DNA of 64,000 nt, taken from positions 117,152 through 181,151 of the forward strand of contig NIVC01001918.1 of the NCBI GenBank assembly GCA_002269645.1, read 5' to 3'. Made by a program: the position numbers and the translations under genes. Position 1 is the stretch's first letter. Every line of letters begins with the position of its first letter. This DNA comes from Macrostomum lignano (lineage: Eukaryota). Positions 1 through 14,164 of this stretch are shown here, piece after piece. Under the pieces are notes generated by a model that worked only from the letters and a program-made list of their open reading frames with translations, was not told where the DNA came from and made no database searches.

Positions 1-933
1 TCAGTCTGTAGCATCATTAGCGTTGCTATTAGCCTCAGTCTGTAGCATCATTAGCCTTGCTATTAGCCTCACTCTGTAGCATCATTAGCCTTGCTATTAG
101 CGTCACTCTGTAGCATTATTAGCGTTGCTATTAGCCTCAGTCTGTAGCATCATTAGCCTTGCTATTAGCCTCACTCTGTAGCATCATTAGCCTTGCTATT
201 AGCCTCAGTCTGTAGCATCATTAGCCTTGCTATTAGCCTCAGTCTGTAGCATCATTAGCCTTGCTATTAGCCTCAGTCTGTAGCATCATTAGCCTTGCTA
301 TTAGCCTCAGTCTGTAGCATCATTAGCCTTGCTATTAGCCTCACTCTGTAGCATCATTAGCCTTGCTATTAGCCTCAGTCTGTAGCATCATTAACGTTGC
401 TATTAGCCTCACTCTGTAGCATCATTAGCGTTGCTATTAGCCTCACTCTGTAGCATAATTAGCGTTGCTATTAGCCTCACTCTGTAGCATAATTAGCCTT
501 GTTATTAGCCTCACTCTGTAGCATCATTAGCCTTGCTATTAGCGTCACTCTGTAGCATCATTAGCCTTGCATCATTAGCCTTGCTATTAGCCTTAGTCTG
601 TAGCATCATTAGCCTTGCTATTAGCCTCACTCTGTAGCATCATTAGCCTTGCTATTAGCCTCACTCTGTAGCATCATTAGCCTTGCTATTAGCCTCACTC
701 TGTAGCATCATTAGATTTGCTATTAGCCTCACTCTGTAGCATCATTAACGTTGCTATTAGCCTCACTCTGTAGCATCATTAGCGTTGCTATTAGCCTCAC
801 TCTGTAGCATAATTAGCGTTGCTATTAGCCTCAGTCTGTAGCATCATTAGCGTTGCTATTAGCCTCACTCTGTAGCATCATTAGCCTTGCTATTAGCGTC
901 ACTCTGTAGCATCATTAGCCTTTCTATTAGCGT
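1..933. repeat. 34-bp minisatellite (TCAGTCTGTAGCATCATTAGCCTTGCTATTAGCC), runs off the window start
   Basis: Directly visible tandem array with point variants. Confidence 0.95.
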
Positions 934-1652
934 CATTCCATAGCTTTCCTCAGTAGCCCTCGCATCCTCAGCATTAGCATCATATCCTAGGGGTTAAAGT
1001 TGGCGGACAAGCAGGCAGAGAAACTGACTGATGATGGGAAAACAGCCCTCCCCAAGCTATGCATTGGATCGATGCAGACAATTTTCATATGGACCTGTGA
1101 TTAATTCGCAAGGCTGGAAATACTTCAGACTCTGGGCAGAGGGACAAATGTCGCTTCTGCCTAAGTAATTAAAACTGGACGCGTATGCACTTTTCAGCGG
1201 ATTAAAAAGGTAGAGGAAGACAAGATAGAGTACACAATGAACTTTAGAACTCCACTATATTGCCACTGAGAGACCAGGTGTTCAATGTAAAATTCTGTGA
1301 AGGGAAATGGCCACCCAATTTAAGATCAGTTTTGTACGCATAAAATTGATTTGCCATGGGAGTTTTAGCCGGCTGCTGCTTCTAGAGAGAGACGAAAACA
1401 GTCGGACAGAGAGAGATGAAGGAAACTGCTCAAGCGTGCTCAAGAGTGCCAGCTGCAGAGCTGTAGGACTTCGGAAGCTGGAATTTTACTGGGGGAGTTC
1501 GGTTCTGCCACTGCTCTCCTGCCATCCCTGTGGGAGGGTCGGCAACTGTTGCATCGCTTCGGTTCCTCGTCAATTCGCGCATTTGTTCCCACAGATCGAA
1601 GGCAGCGGAGGCCCACTGGAATTTGCCATAGCCGCCTCTACTCGACAGGACA

Positions 1653-2140
1653 ACTGACTGACTGACTGACTGACTGACTGACTGACTGACTGACTGACTG
1701 ACTGACTGACTGACTGACTGACTGACTGACTAACTGACTGACTGACTGACTGACTGACTGACTGACTGACTGACTGACTGACTGACTGACTGACTGACTG
1801 ACTGACTGACTGACTGACTGACTGACTGACTGACTGACTGACTGACTGACTGACTGACTGACTGACTGACTGACTGACTGACTGACTGACTGACTGACTG
1901 ACTGACTGACTGACTGACTGACTGAATGACTGACTGACTGACTGACTGACTGACTGACTGACTGACTGACTGACTGACTGACTGACTGACTGACTGACTG
2001 ACTGACTGACTGACTGACTGACTGACTGACTGACTGAATGACTGACTGACTGACTGACTGACTGACTGACTGACTGACTGACTGACTGACTGACTGACTG
2101 ACTGACTGACTGACTGACTGACTGACTGACTGACTGACTG

Positions 2141-2219
<79 letters not shown>

Positions 2220-2224
2220 GACTG

Positions 2225-2267
<43 letters not shown>

Positions 2268-2292
2268 GACTAACTAACTAACTAACTAACTG

Positions 2293-2347
<55 letters not shown>

Positions 2348-2376
2348 GACTAACTAACTAACTAACTAACTAACTG

Positions 2377-2433
<57 letters not shown>

Positions 2434-2434
2434 T

Positions 2435-2525
<91 letters not shown>

Positions 2526-2554
2526 ATAACTAACTAACTAACTAACTAACTAAC
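1653..2554. repeat. Compound tetranucleotide microsatellite, (ACTG)n switching to (ACTA)n near 2141
   Basis: Directly visible. Confidence 0.97.
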
Positions 2555-3206
2555 GAACGAATGAACAAAATGCTTGTGTAAATCTTCCTTTCGTGAGTTG
2601 CCTATGCAAGCAGCTTCCTCAAATTTGCAAAAAGCCACGGAGCTCAACCAGACTCCCAGCTTCATCCGGCTCGCAGTCACGCAATTTCCGGGATGCACCG
2701 TGACTCTGAGGCTGCGCTACAATCACTACAGCTAAAACGTCTAAATTACAATTAAAACGTCTGCAGGCACTGCCCGTTACAGACCAGTGGAGGACAGAAA
2801 TTCATTAATCCAGAGGCCCAGGGTCTCTATTCAAAATTCATAAGCTGGATCTTATTGTTGTTTTTAACCCCGAATTAACAAACTCCCACCGTCTACCTCA
2901 ATTATGCTTATAAAACTCGCGTAAATCTGGCAACACTTTTAATAGTCAAAATTAACAATTTCGCTGACCCCTGGGCGCATACAAGCACGCGCCAATACTG
3001 TACGCAGGCACACACACACACGCTCACACAGGATGTACAGTGACTTTCTAATCATCAGGCATGTACACTATCTGTGCCTTGGGGGGGGGGGGGGTTGGCC
3101 CTCATGGGACCACCACCCCTCGGCCAGATGAATCAGACGCGTTTACCGCCTCGTGCATCCTGCTGTAGGTGACAGAAAACTAAAAAAAACATGCCAAGAA
3201 ACTCAC

Positions 3207-3719
3207 TGGAGCCTGCGGCTTCTTCTGCTGCTTCTCCGCCTGGGCGTGCAGCAGCATCTCAACGGCAACAACGTTCTCTTCCTGGATGGCGTGCAGCAGG
3301 GCGTCGCCCAACTCCAAGAAGCCGAAGCTGAGCAGCATCTCCAGCAGTTCGATGTGCTCAAACTCGATGGCGATTAGCACAGCCGATCGACCGAGCGAAT
3401 CCACGCAGTTGACGTTGACGCTCAGCGTTTCGGCGTTTTCAACGTACTGCCGCACGCTGGTCATGTCGCCCATCTCCACTGAAAGCAGGTAGCGCCGCTC
3501 GTTCGAGTTCAAATCGACGTCCTTCTGCAGCAGGCCGCTGCCGCCGCCCATGCCGCCGCCTCCGCAGCTTCCGAGGCCGTCCAGTCCGCAGCCAACGCCA
3601 CCGCCGCCGCCGCCGCCGCCGCCGCTGCCGCCTCCGCTGCACTGATCGATGCCTAGGTCCTCCATCATCTGGTACAGCTGGCGGCCTCGCTCGGCGTCGA
3701 TGGAGCCCGGACTGCTCAT
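3207..3719 (-). CDS. TRPC: First coding exon of a TRPC/TRP-gamma-like cation channel (Gly-rich N-terminus plus ankyrin repeats); remaining exons lie beyond the window start
   Basis: LNSNERRYLLSVEMGD...NVNCVDSLGRSAVLIAIEFEHIELLEMLL...LGDALLHAIQEENVVAVEMLL matches the TRPC ankyrin region. GTGAGT donor follows 3207 (phase 0). A TTTGCTGCAG acceptor lies 2 nt before the ATG. Confidence 0.88.
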
Positions 3720-3847
3720 GACTGCAGCAAACTGCTCAAACTATGGCAGTGGGCCAGGCCTGCGGACCTGAGAGGGCAGGCGGTGGGGGGGGGGGCGTGG
3801 CGGCTGGGGCCTCAGCTGTCTGGATGCCTCGCCTCTCAATTGTCAAG

Positions 3848-3929
3848 AGTCTGAATGCAACAGTTGCAGAATGGCACTGGGGCTGCAGTCTGAATGCAAC
3901 AGTTGCAGAATGGCACTGGGGCTGCAGTC
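3848..3929. repeat. Two-copy 39-bp direct repeat
   Basis: CTGAATGCAACAGTTGCAGAATGGCACTGGGGCTGCAGT occurs twice in tandem. Confidence 0.9.
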
Positions 3930-4101
3930 AGCGGCTGGAAGAGCTTCACTGAGAGGCAGAAATTTGACGGCGCGCAACAGACAATGGAGAGAGAAAAATA
4001 AAGTTGAGTCGCGCTCAAATCATCCCCTGCCAGCCTGGCTTGCTGTGCTTCTGTTCTGCCCGCTTTCACTGACGGCTTCACATTGATTTACTCAGCCTAG
4101 T

Positions 4102-4263
<162 letters not shown>

Positions 4264-5100
4264 CAGAGGGACTGAAAGCAGGTAGCGGGCAGTGGGCAGC
4301 TGCACAGGAAAGCGGAGTCATCGAGGCTATGCAGGGATGGCTGTGCAGCGGCGGTGTTTTGGGATCAGAAATCACAGCCAGTGGGGAGGGGGTATTGCAG
4401 TCAGCCGCCAGAGATCCGGGAGAAGGCGGCCGCGCCAAGCCAGCTGCGGGCAACGGCAACGCACTGGGCGGGAAGCTGCACAGAAATAGAAACGATGGAG
4501 CTACTGGAATCGAATCCGGGAAGCTGATGGGGGAGGGTAGGATGAAGGGGAAGGGAAACACTGGAAGTACGGCTGGCTGTTGCAAATTCTAATTAGCATT
4601 TCTGCCCAGAGATTCACTGGCAACCCGGGGGGGGGGTGGCCAGCCATCCAACAAAAAAACATTGGGGCGACGGCTGGCGCAGCGCAAAAATCTCGTCGCA
4701 AATGGTTACGGGCAGGCGTGTCGTGTCGGCTTCAATAAAGAAATTGCGCGTATTGGAATGCGGCTCTATTTGGTTGACGCGGAGAGACACTGGCGGAGGT
4801 GGTCACGGGGATCCAGGTGTGACTTCCAGGACTTGAGGGTTAGGGGTGGGAAGAGGCTTATCTCTACTGGATTGAGGTGAAAATAGTCTGCAGAGCTGCT
4901 GAGCATGTCATGATAGTGTTTATCTTGATAAGCATCTCATCTCCCTACCCAGGCAGTCATGAACAATATCTGGGAATAATTTCCTCTGCTGGTACCCGGC
5001 AATGACTGCTTCGAAATTGATTATTATAGGATCAGGAAATGTTAAAGGTGAGAAAATGGCTTGCATGGATAGAGAAGCTATGGATTAGATTGGATTGGAT

Positions 5101-5500
5101 TGGGAGGCAGCGGCGCCCACTGAAGCCTCATGGGAGGCAGCGGCGCCCACTGAAGCCTCATGGGAGGCAGCGGCGCCCACTGAAGCCTCATGGGAGGCAG
5201 CGGCGCCCACTGAAGCCTCATGGGAGGCAGCGGCGCCCACTGGAGCCTCATGGGAGGCAGCGGCGCCCACTGAAGCCTCATGGGAGGCAGCGGCGCCCAC
5301 TGGAGCCTCATGGGAGGCAGCGGCGCCCACTGAAGCTCCGTGGGAGGCAGCGGCTAGCGGCGCCCCACTGAAGCTCCGTGGGAGGCAGCGGCGCCCCACT
5401 GAAGCTCCGTGCGAGACAGCGGTGCCCGCTGAAGCTCTGTGGGAGGCAGCGGCGCCCCGCTGAAGCTCTGTGGGAGGCAGCGGCGCCTGCTGAAGCTCCG
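5101..5500. repeat. 30-bp GC-rich minisatellite (TGGGAGGCAGCGGCGCCCACTGAAGCCTCA), degenerating at the 3' end
   Basis: Directly visible; explains ORFs 5039-5529. Confidence 0.93.
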
Positions 5501-6254
5501 TGGAAGGTCCCTCTAACCGAACAAAGCATTACCTGGACCAGCGCTCGAGCGCATCAACTCAGAGCGACAGGAGTAAAGTCAGCAACAGACTGGCATGCCT
5601 CCTTGATCTGAACTCGGTAGTCCTCTCCGGCTGTCCTCTCGTCCTTGCCAATAACTCGATATTGATTGACTGACAGTTTTATAATGACGATCCCGATCCG
5701 CCTTGGCCAACGTCTTCTGTCTCTAGCTCTCTCTCTCTCTCTTGGTCTCTCTTACTCTCTTTTTCAACTATACGCTTAATCGTCTCTTATTCGTTCCTAT
5801 ATTATACTGTCTAGTGGCGGGCCAAATCCCCTCTAAAGCTTTTTGTCTCTTTGGAAATTTTTAGCCGCTGCTGCTGACTCGCCTTGGCAAAGAACGGGCG
5901 CAGCTGCCCCTCCCGCTCTCTCTCTCTCTCTTCGCTGATCTGTGCACCCCGACGCACAAGGGTGGGTTGGTCAGTGTTGGCGACCAATGGCAAATCTGGA
6001 CTGCAATACGGTAACCTCATTGGCTTACTATTCACTGTTTTAGTTTATTCAATGCCACCTCCCTCCCCACTTCTGACTGGCAGGTTTCAGTTTCTCTGTT
6101 CTGTGCTGGGCCTTCTGTTCAATCCTTGCTGCGGATCACTTGGACCCGGCTTATTTGTCTGGCGTCCTTTCGAATCGGGGAGATGCAGACGGCAGACAGG
6201 AGTGCAAGGGAGAGGAGAAACGGGAAGCGGAAAGATGGGGGAGACGGTGCATGG

Positions 6255-7875
6255 GAGAAGGTGGAGAGGAGATGGCGGAAAGGAGAGGGTGGAGAGGAGA
6301 TGGCGGAAAGGAGAGGGTGGAGAGGAGATGGTGAAGAGGAGAGGGTGGAGAGGAGACGGTGAAGAGGAGATGGTGGAGAGGAGAGGGTGGAGAGGAGAGG
6401 GTGGAGAGGAGAGGGTGGAGAGGAGAGGGTGGAGAGGAGAGGGTAGAGAGGAGAGGAGAGGGTGGAGAGGAGAGGGTGGAGAGGAGAGGGTGGAGAGGAG
6501 AGGGTGGAGAGGAGACGGTGGAGAGGAGACGGTGGAGAGGAGACGGTGGAGAGGAGACGGTGGAGAGGAGACGGTGGAGAGGAGACGGTGGAGAGGAGAC
6601 GGTGGAGAGGAGACGGTGGAGAGGAGACGGTGAAGAGGAGATGGTGGAGAGGAGAGGGTGGAGAGGAGAGGATAGGGTGGAGAGGAGAGGGTGGAGAGGA
6701 GAGGGTGGAGAGGAGAGGGTGGAGAGGAGAGGAGAGGGTGGAGAGGAGACGGTGGAGAGGAGACGGTGGAGAGGAGAGGGTGGAGAGGAGAGGATAGGGT
6801 GGAGAGGAGAGGGTGGAGAGGAGACGGTGGAGAGGAGACGGTGGAGAGGAGACGGTGGAGAGGAGACGGTGGAGAGGAGACGGTGGAGAGGAGAGGGTGG
6901 AGAGGAGAGGGTGGAGAGGAGAGGAGAGGGTGGAGAGGAGAGGGTGGAGAGGAGAGGAGAGGGTGGAGAGGAGACGGTGGAGAGGAGACGGTGGAGAGGA
7001 GACGGTGGAGAGGAGAGGGTGGAGAGGAGAGGGTGGAGAGGAGAGGATAGGGTGGAGAGGAGAGGGTGGAGAGGAGACGGTGGAGAGGAGAGGGTGGAGA
7101 GGAGACGGTGGAGAGGAGACGGTGGAGAGGAGACGGTGGAGAGGAGACGGTGGAGAGGAGAGGGTGGAGAGGAGAGGAGAGGGTGGAGAGGAGAGGAGAG
7201 GGTGGAGAGGAGAGGGTGGAGAGGAGACGGTGGAGAGGAGAGGGTGGAGAGGAGAGGGTGGAGAGGAGAGGGTGGAGAGGAGAGGAGACGGTGGAGAGGA
7301 GACGGTGGAGAGGAGAGGGTGGAGAGGAGAGGAGACGGTGGAGAGGAGAGGGTGGAGAGGAGATGGTGGAGAGGAGATGGTGTAGAGGAGAGGGTGGAGA
7401 GGAGAGGGTGGAGAGGAGAGGGTGGAGAGGAGAGGAGAGGGTGGAGAGGAGAGGGTGGAGAGGAGACGGTGGAGAGGAGACGGTGGAGAGGAGAGGGGGG
7501 ATAGGAGAGGGTGGAGAGGAGAGGGTGGAGAGGAGAGGATAGGGTGGAGAGGAGAGGGTGGAGAGGAGACGGTGGAGAGGAGAGGATGAGGAGGAGAGGG
7601 TGGAGAGGAGAGGGTGGAAAGGAGAGGGTGGAGAGGAGAGGGGTGATAGGAGAGGGTGGAGAGGAGAGGGTGGAGAGGAGACGGTAGAGAGGAGAGGGTG
7701 GAGAGGAGACGGTAGAGAGGAGAGGGTGGAGAGGAGAGGGTGGAGAGGAGACGGTGGAGAGGAGACGGTGGAGAGGAGACGGTGGAGAGGAGACGGTGGA
7801 GAGGAGACGGTGGAGAGGAGACGGTGGAGAGGAGACGGTGGAGAGGAGACGGTGGAGAGGAGACGGTGGAGAGAT
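6255..7875. repeat. Purine-rich mosaic satellite of GGTGGAGAGGAGAC/GAGAG units
   Basis: Directly visible; explains the long S/P/L/H and R/G/E ORFs. Confidence 0.95.
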
Positions 7876-9039
7876 GTTGAAGGATGAGTGAGGAGAGAGT
7901 GAATTGAATTCCAGACGGGGGGCATACTAGATGTAGTGGCGAAATTGAAAGCCAGTTCACCCGAATCAATAGGGTGCTGGATAAACGCCCAGTCCAATTT
8001 GTAATGATTGATTTCCTAGAAGCAGACGCAGGGTCCGCTTCTGTTAGGGCAGCAGACTTTGGTAATATAATAACTAAACTCCGTTGGTTGAGGCTCTCGC
8101 TGTCTAACTGTAAATATCTTTGCTTGATTCTGCGACCGACCGTCTGCAGGAAGAAGATTCTGCAGGGACTAAGTATACGTGGAGAGCATCTCATAATATC
8201 TGTTGCTGTTCACCTCAGTCTCCCCTCAGACCGGTTGCGGCTTCCTTCCTCTGCTTATCGCTGATCTCAACACTCCCCGCCCTCATCCTTGATCCGCGCC
8301 AGCGGCTGGAGACTCAGCCCAAGCGGGCGGATTCTACGGTCCCAAGGGACTGCCGAACTGGCCTGCTACGTGTAATAAATCACTGGCTGATGGAGGCCGG
8401 GATTCAGCAGTTACGGATGCCGGGAGATTTTGAAATTGAAAACGAACCAGTTTTTTTCTAGAAAACAGCCCCTTAATTTTCTTAGTTAAGCGCTGATGCA
8501 CTGGTGCACGAATCGCGCATTTCTGTGTGCTGTTCAAGTGCACATTTATGAAAATACCACCCAGAGACGGAGTGGCCGGCCCTAATACTCTCTCTTAATT
8601 AGCAGCCTAAAGGTGGGACGCAAAATTAATGCGCAGCGCATGGTTTATGGCATCCGGCATAGTGCGCGGACAATTTTTTCTTGCTTTTGAATTTGTTTTT
8701 GTAATCCAGTGCAACCTTTTGTACAATCTTGGGGGAGCGCGCGAGAGAGATTTGAAGAGAGGCAAGAGGGGGGATTTCGATTAAACAATGTTTGTATCCC
8801 ACTCTGGAATTTAAAAATCATGTCAGGCTGAGATCCCAAGGTAGACTATTGCTAGGGATTAGACGTCCTGGAATATCGATTGATGAATGACATCCTTCTA
8901 AATCCGATTAGAAAAGAAAGGCTTATAATTGGGCAAGAGATTACAGAATTCATCAATCATTATTTTGTAGAATACGGGTGTAATTAAAAGGCCTAATCTG
9001 ATGTCTTTGATAGAGGGGTGGGTGTTGGGTTCTGCTGCA

Positions 9040-9675
9040 GTCGGGGGACTGGGTGAGGGAGGAAAGTGGAGTGAGGTGGGGTGAGGGATGAAAGCGGAGT
9101 GAGGTGGAGTGAGGGATGAAAGCGGAGTGAGGTGGGGTGAGGGATGAAAGCGGAGTGAGGTGGGGTGAGGGATGAAAGCGGAGTGAGGTGGGGTGAGGGA
9201 TGAAAGCGGAGTGAGGTGGGGTGAGGGATGAAAGCGGAGTGAGGTGGGGTGAGGGATGAAAGCGGAGTGAGTTGGGTGTAGGATCTACTGCAGTCGGGGG
9301 CCTGGATGAGGGAGGAAAGCGGAGTGAGGTGGGTGTAGGGGCTACTGCAGTCGGGGGCCTGGGTGACGGAGAAAAGCGGAGTGAGGTGGAGTGAGGGATG
9401 AAAGCGGAGTGAGGTGGGGTGAGGGATGAAAGCGGAGTGAGGTGGGGTGAGGGATGAAAGCGGAGTGAGGTGGGGTGAGGGATGAAAGCGGAGTGAGGTG
9501 GGGTGAGGGATGAAAGCGGAGTGAGGTGGGGTGAGGGATGAAAGCGGAGTGAGTTGGGTGTAGGATCTACTGCAGTCGGGGGCCTGGATGAGGGAGGAAA
9601 GCGGAGTGAGGTGGGTGTAGGGGCTACTGCAGTCGGGGGCCTGGGTGACGGAGAAAAGCGGAGTGAGGTGGGTGT
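9040..9675. repeat. 28-bp minisatellite (GATGAAAGCGGAGTGAGGTGGGGTGAGG) with a higher-order duplication of about 280 bp
   Basis: The interrupting motif CTACTGCAGTCGGGGGCCTGGATGAG recurs at about 9285 and 9567. Confidence 0.9.
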
Positions 9676-9970
9676 TACCACTAGGGCAGACAGTTCTGGT
9701 GGAATTAGTCAGGAAGAAAGAGGAAGGAAGAATGTAGAACAGATGTAAAAGCAAAGCTGAAACCGCGTTGACCGTGAGGTCACAGCGACAGGGCTTTATC
9801 TCGTATACGAATAAAATGTCAAATTTGGAACGACAGTTCCCTGCAGCATGACGTCTGTCTCACTTCTCCTTTCACGGTCACTTAATTCCGCTAGCTCTCT
9901 ATTGATGTTAGCTTTTGTTTTCTGTCATTTTAATCACGTTACATATGCGTCCCACGTTTCACATAGTAAT

Positions 9971-10673
<703 letters not shown>

Positions 10674-12133
10674 GCAATTGCATCAGACTGCCAGCTTTGT
10701 CTGTCCTACCTTGAATTCGAAATCACTATCGTTGTGCAGCCCACGGCCTTCTCGGGTCAGCAGAAAGTGCGAGCAGCACTCCTAAAAAGAATCGATTGTC
10801 TTTTATACCTCAACGCGGCATGAAACCAAGTCAAGCCGCCAGTGGAGTGTCAGCCGCTTTGCCAGTTCGGCCTCCATCTGAAAATATACTCTGATCAGAA
10901 TGGGGCGTTTCCTTTTTCCCAGGCCGGCGAGAAATCATCTGCAGTGTCTGCGATGCGAAATCCGCTTAGACACGCCGATCTCTTTCTCTGACCAGTCATT
11001 TCCTCGGCTGTGGTTTGTGTAATACGATCCCCATAAGAGTCTCTTTCGCCATCAAGCACTTGCGTGGATTACCTACAGCTCGCGGGAAGCGGCTTAGTCG
11101 AGGCTGCTTTTACATTTAGCACCAGAGTTTCAAGGCGAATTCGCCATATATTGGGATTTTTAGTTTTCAGTCGTTGAAAGCGCTGTTACAGCAGCACATG
11201 CATGCCACTGATCTATTTTGCTGCTCATAATATGTCTGGTTTGAAAGTATTCTATAGTTAGTGCATCTCAGGTTTTGAACACTTGATATGGCCAAATATT
11301 AACTACAAAAGACTCAAATAGCATTAAGTTTTGCATATGGTACTATCAAATTCTCAGCATAAAGATACGAAGTACATGTAGATGTGCGCGTATCTTTCTT
11401 CAGGTTGAGACGAACAAAATCCTATATTGAAATTGCAATACCTTTGTTTCCATTTGAGTTATTAGTATCCAAAATTGAATCTGTGCCCGCGGTGCCCTAT
11501 ATAAACATACCGAACAAATCATGATATGCACTTCTTTCCATAAGTGTCATATACTTTTTATCTTGACATGCAATAAAAATAAGATGTCTTCAGATATTAT
11601 TACAAAAACATTGCCAAAGGCTTTTAGGAACCATGAATTATGAAGATCACCTTTCGTGAAATATTCTTTGTTGCGCAATCAAAAGGTTACCACCAGCGGC
11701 TTAAAATTTAATTGAAGTATAGATTGGCTTAAATATATATTTAAGATATCTTAAATATAAAGAAACATATATAATCTAAATGTGTCACTAGAAATTTAAA
11801 GACTATTGTATCAATATCATTATATCAGTTTTACCCTTGTTGTTATACTAAAATCGGTTCTACTGAAAATAGATCTATTTCAATATTGGAAACGAAGAGA
11901 GCTTTTTTGAAGGCACAATAAAAGTATACAATAATTGCGCCGGCTGCTTGCGTCTTTTTGCTCGAATAGGGCTATCCTTAATAATAGATAAATAAGAGTT
12001 CCGTTTGATTAAATCCTGAAACTAAACTTTTATTGCTTTTCCCACAGTCACTTGTTCGTAGTTTTATAAAAAAACACTTCATCACTGTGCATTAATTTCG
12101 GTTGTCTTCTCACTGAAATCGAAAAAACTAAAT

Positions 12134-12464
12134 ATGGATTTCAGCTTGGATGATGCTAACCATCTTCAAGTTTTAGGTGAAATTATCCAACGCGAATTAG
12201 AGAAAATTGATATCGAAGGACTGATTAGAGATAGAAACTTAGTAGGCCAGGATGCCAATGAATTGCTAGGCAGTGATCTTTTTAGTCATGATTTTCATGA
12301 CCATGTGCACACCGAGACAACAAGACCCAAAGGAAGACTTGAAGCTGAACTTGTTTCAAATAAAGAAGTTCAAAACATTGTTGAAGAAGTGAAGGATAAA
12401 GTATTGTCGCAAATGAACCTGTCTGCATCTAATCCACAAATAAAAGAAGTGCAGGGCAAAACAT
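12134..12464 (+). CDS. CEP76: CEP76 exon 1 of 5 (full CDS 2031 nt, 676 aa)
   Basis: LGEIIQRELEKIDIEGLIRD resembles the CEP76 N-terminus (LKQLIHQQLSKMDVHGRIRE). GTAAGT donor at 12465, phase 1, matches exon 2. Confidence 0.75.
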
Positions 12465-13657
12465 GTAAGTATAACATATTTCAAAATTTGTTACTTGTAC
12501 CAGTGCCATACTTGCATTTATTTTATTATAATAATTCAAGGGAAGTTTTAGTTAGGCTATATTATTGATTATAGGCCCTTATACTTAAAAGCCTAAGCAG
12601 GTATTTGTGTATATCAAGTAGAATGTTATTATAAAATAATATTTTTTTGCTTTTCTAACCATTTAAAACAGCTTTTTAAATAAAAATTCAGGTATTATTT
12701 AAAACATAAGAATAAATATTATTATCTTTTATATTTTATGTCTTCATTGATTATTATTTATGATAAAAATAACTTATAGAATAGTTAACTTTTATTCTAA
12801 TTAAATAAAAAGGGGGCAGCGAGGCAGGTCGCTTAGCCATTAAAAACGGCTAAAGCCCACTTGTTTTACCAAATAGATTCTAAATTAAAAAAATTGTCTT
12901 TTAATTTTATAAAAAGTTGTAAAAAATTATATGGCATGTATTTAAAAATAACAAATAGCCAAATAAAATATATATGAATGCATTTTGAAAATTGTAAATA
13001 ATGTTTGATTTATTTATGATTTTTAAATGTTTGTTATAGTCTTTTGAAGAAAAAAATTAAATTGATAGAAAATAAATATACACATAATTTTTAATAATCT
13101 AATTTAAGTATTAATATTAGATTAGTAAATTTATATGATCCAAGCTATAATAATATATAATTATTAATATCATTGCTTATAACTATAATGTATAGTATAA
13201 AAGGCCAATTTAATACTACAAAGAAAGTAGTAAATAAGTGAACCAAGTGTATTTGACATTTTTTAACTAAGTTATAGTAATTCTATATATAAGCAAAATA
13301 GATTTGAAGAAACTAATATAAAAATACTGACTTTCCTAAAAAATTTTTGAAAATCTATAAAATCCTGGCTTGAATAAATAAGGGAATATTTGCAAGAGGG
13401 CCATTGTCACCTCTGGTGCAATGACTTTAGAGCTAAATTGCCCCACAACCAGCGCTGACGGCAATTCTGCCCCATTCTGCTGACTCCTGAGCACTCTGCC
13501 ATGTACTCTGCCATTAGGCTGCAGACATGTACTCTCTCTCTGCCTTGGGGGTTGTCCCTCATAAATTCAAATCGCATGACAATTAATATGGCCGCGCATG
13601 TCTTGTAGGTATACAGCCTTCATTTATTTTTACTCAACGTGTCCACTGAATCCGCAG

Positions 13658-14130
13658 ACGAGGCGGTGGCCAACGGCCTCTCCCGCGGGGCAGTCTTCCT
13701 AGCGCTCGAGGTGCACGAAGGCCGCGCCTTTGTCGGCTTGGGCGTCGGCGACTCCGACGATGAAGCCGCTCAGATGAGCCTCCACCTGGCGTTCGGGCCG
13801 GGCGGCCAGCGGTTTCACTCCCGGCAATTTGCCTGCGTCAGCAATCCCAAAATTGGCGAGACATTCTACATTGAGCTGGCCAAGCCCGGGCTGGGCGATG
13901 CCTCTCTGCTGGGCCTGTCCGACCCGCTGCACCTGGTGCTGCTGCGGCACGACTCTGGCGAACACCGTCAGCTGGTTAGCAGTACAGAATTCGATTGGCG
14001 GCCCCTGCTGTGCGAGGCCTCCTTGGCTATGCGGCGCAGCGTCCGGCTCAATGGGGTTGGCGCCGAGGCGCAGGTGTCCGCCGGCCTGCTTGATGTCACT
14101 GCAAGGCTGCTGTACAGCGGGACGAGACAG
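13658..14130 (+). CDS. CEP76: CEP76 exon 2 (C2-like domain)
   Basis: FLALEVHEGRAF, QRFHSRQFACVSNP, LSDPLHLVLL, WRPLL, GVGAEAQVSAGLLDV. CAG acceptor at 13655-57, GTGAGC donor at 14131. Confidence 0.93.
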
Positions 14131-14164
14131 GTGAGCGGCTGTAAATCTAGGAAGAGGGCTGGTT

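Noticed and set aside
1307-1657. 116-aa ORF as a downstream TRPC exon or separate gene
   Set aside because: Wrong strand for TRPC, no recognisable motif or splice support
5884-8194. Long ORFs of 250-690 aa (RRGWRGEGGEE or LSSPPSPLH repeats)
   Set aside because: Translations of a purine-rich satellite in several frames on both strands
11150-11570. Minus-strand frame with sporadic stops (KYMTLMERSAYHDLF...DFVRLNLKKD) and apparent 14-20-nt introns
   Set aside because: Putative introns are implausibly short and no family is recognised; AT-rich sequence produces such patterns by chance
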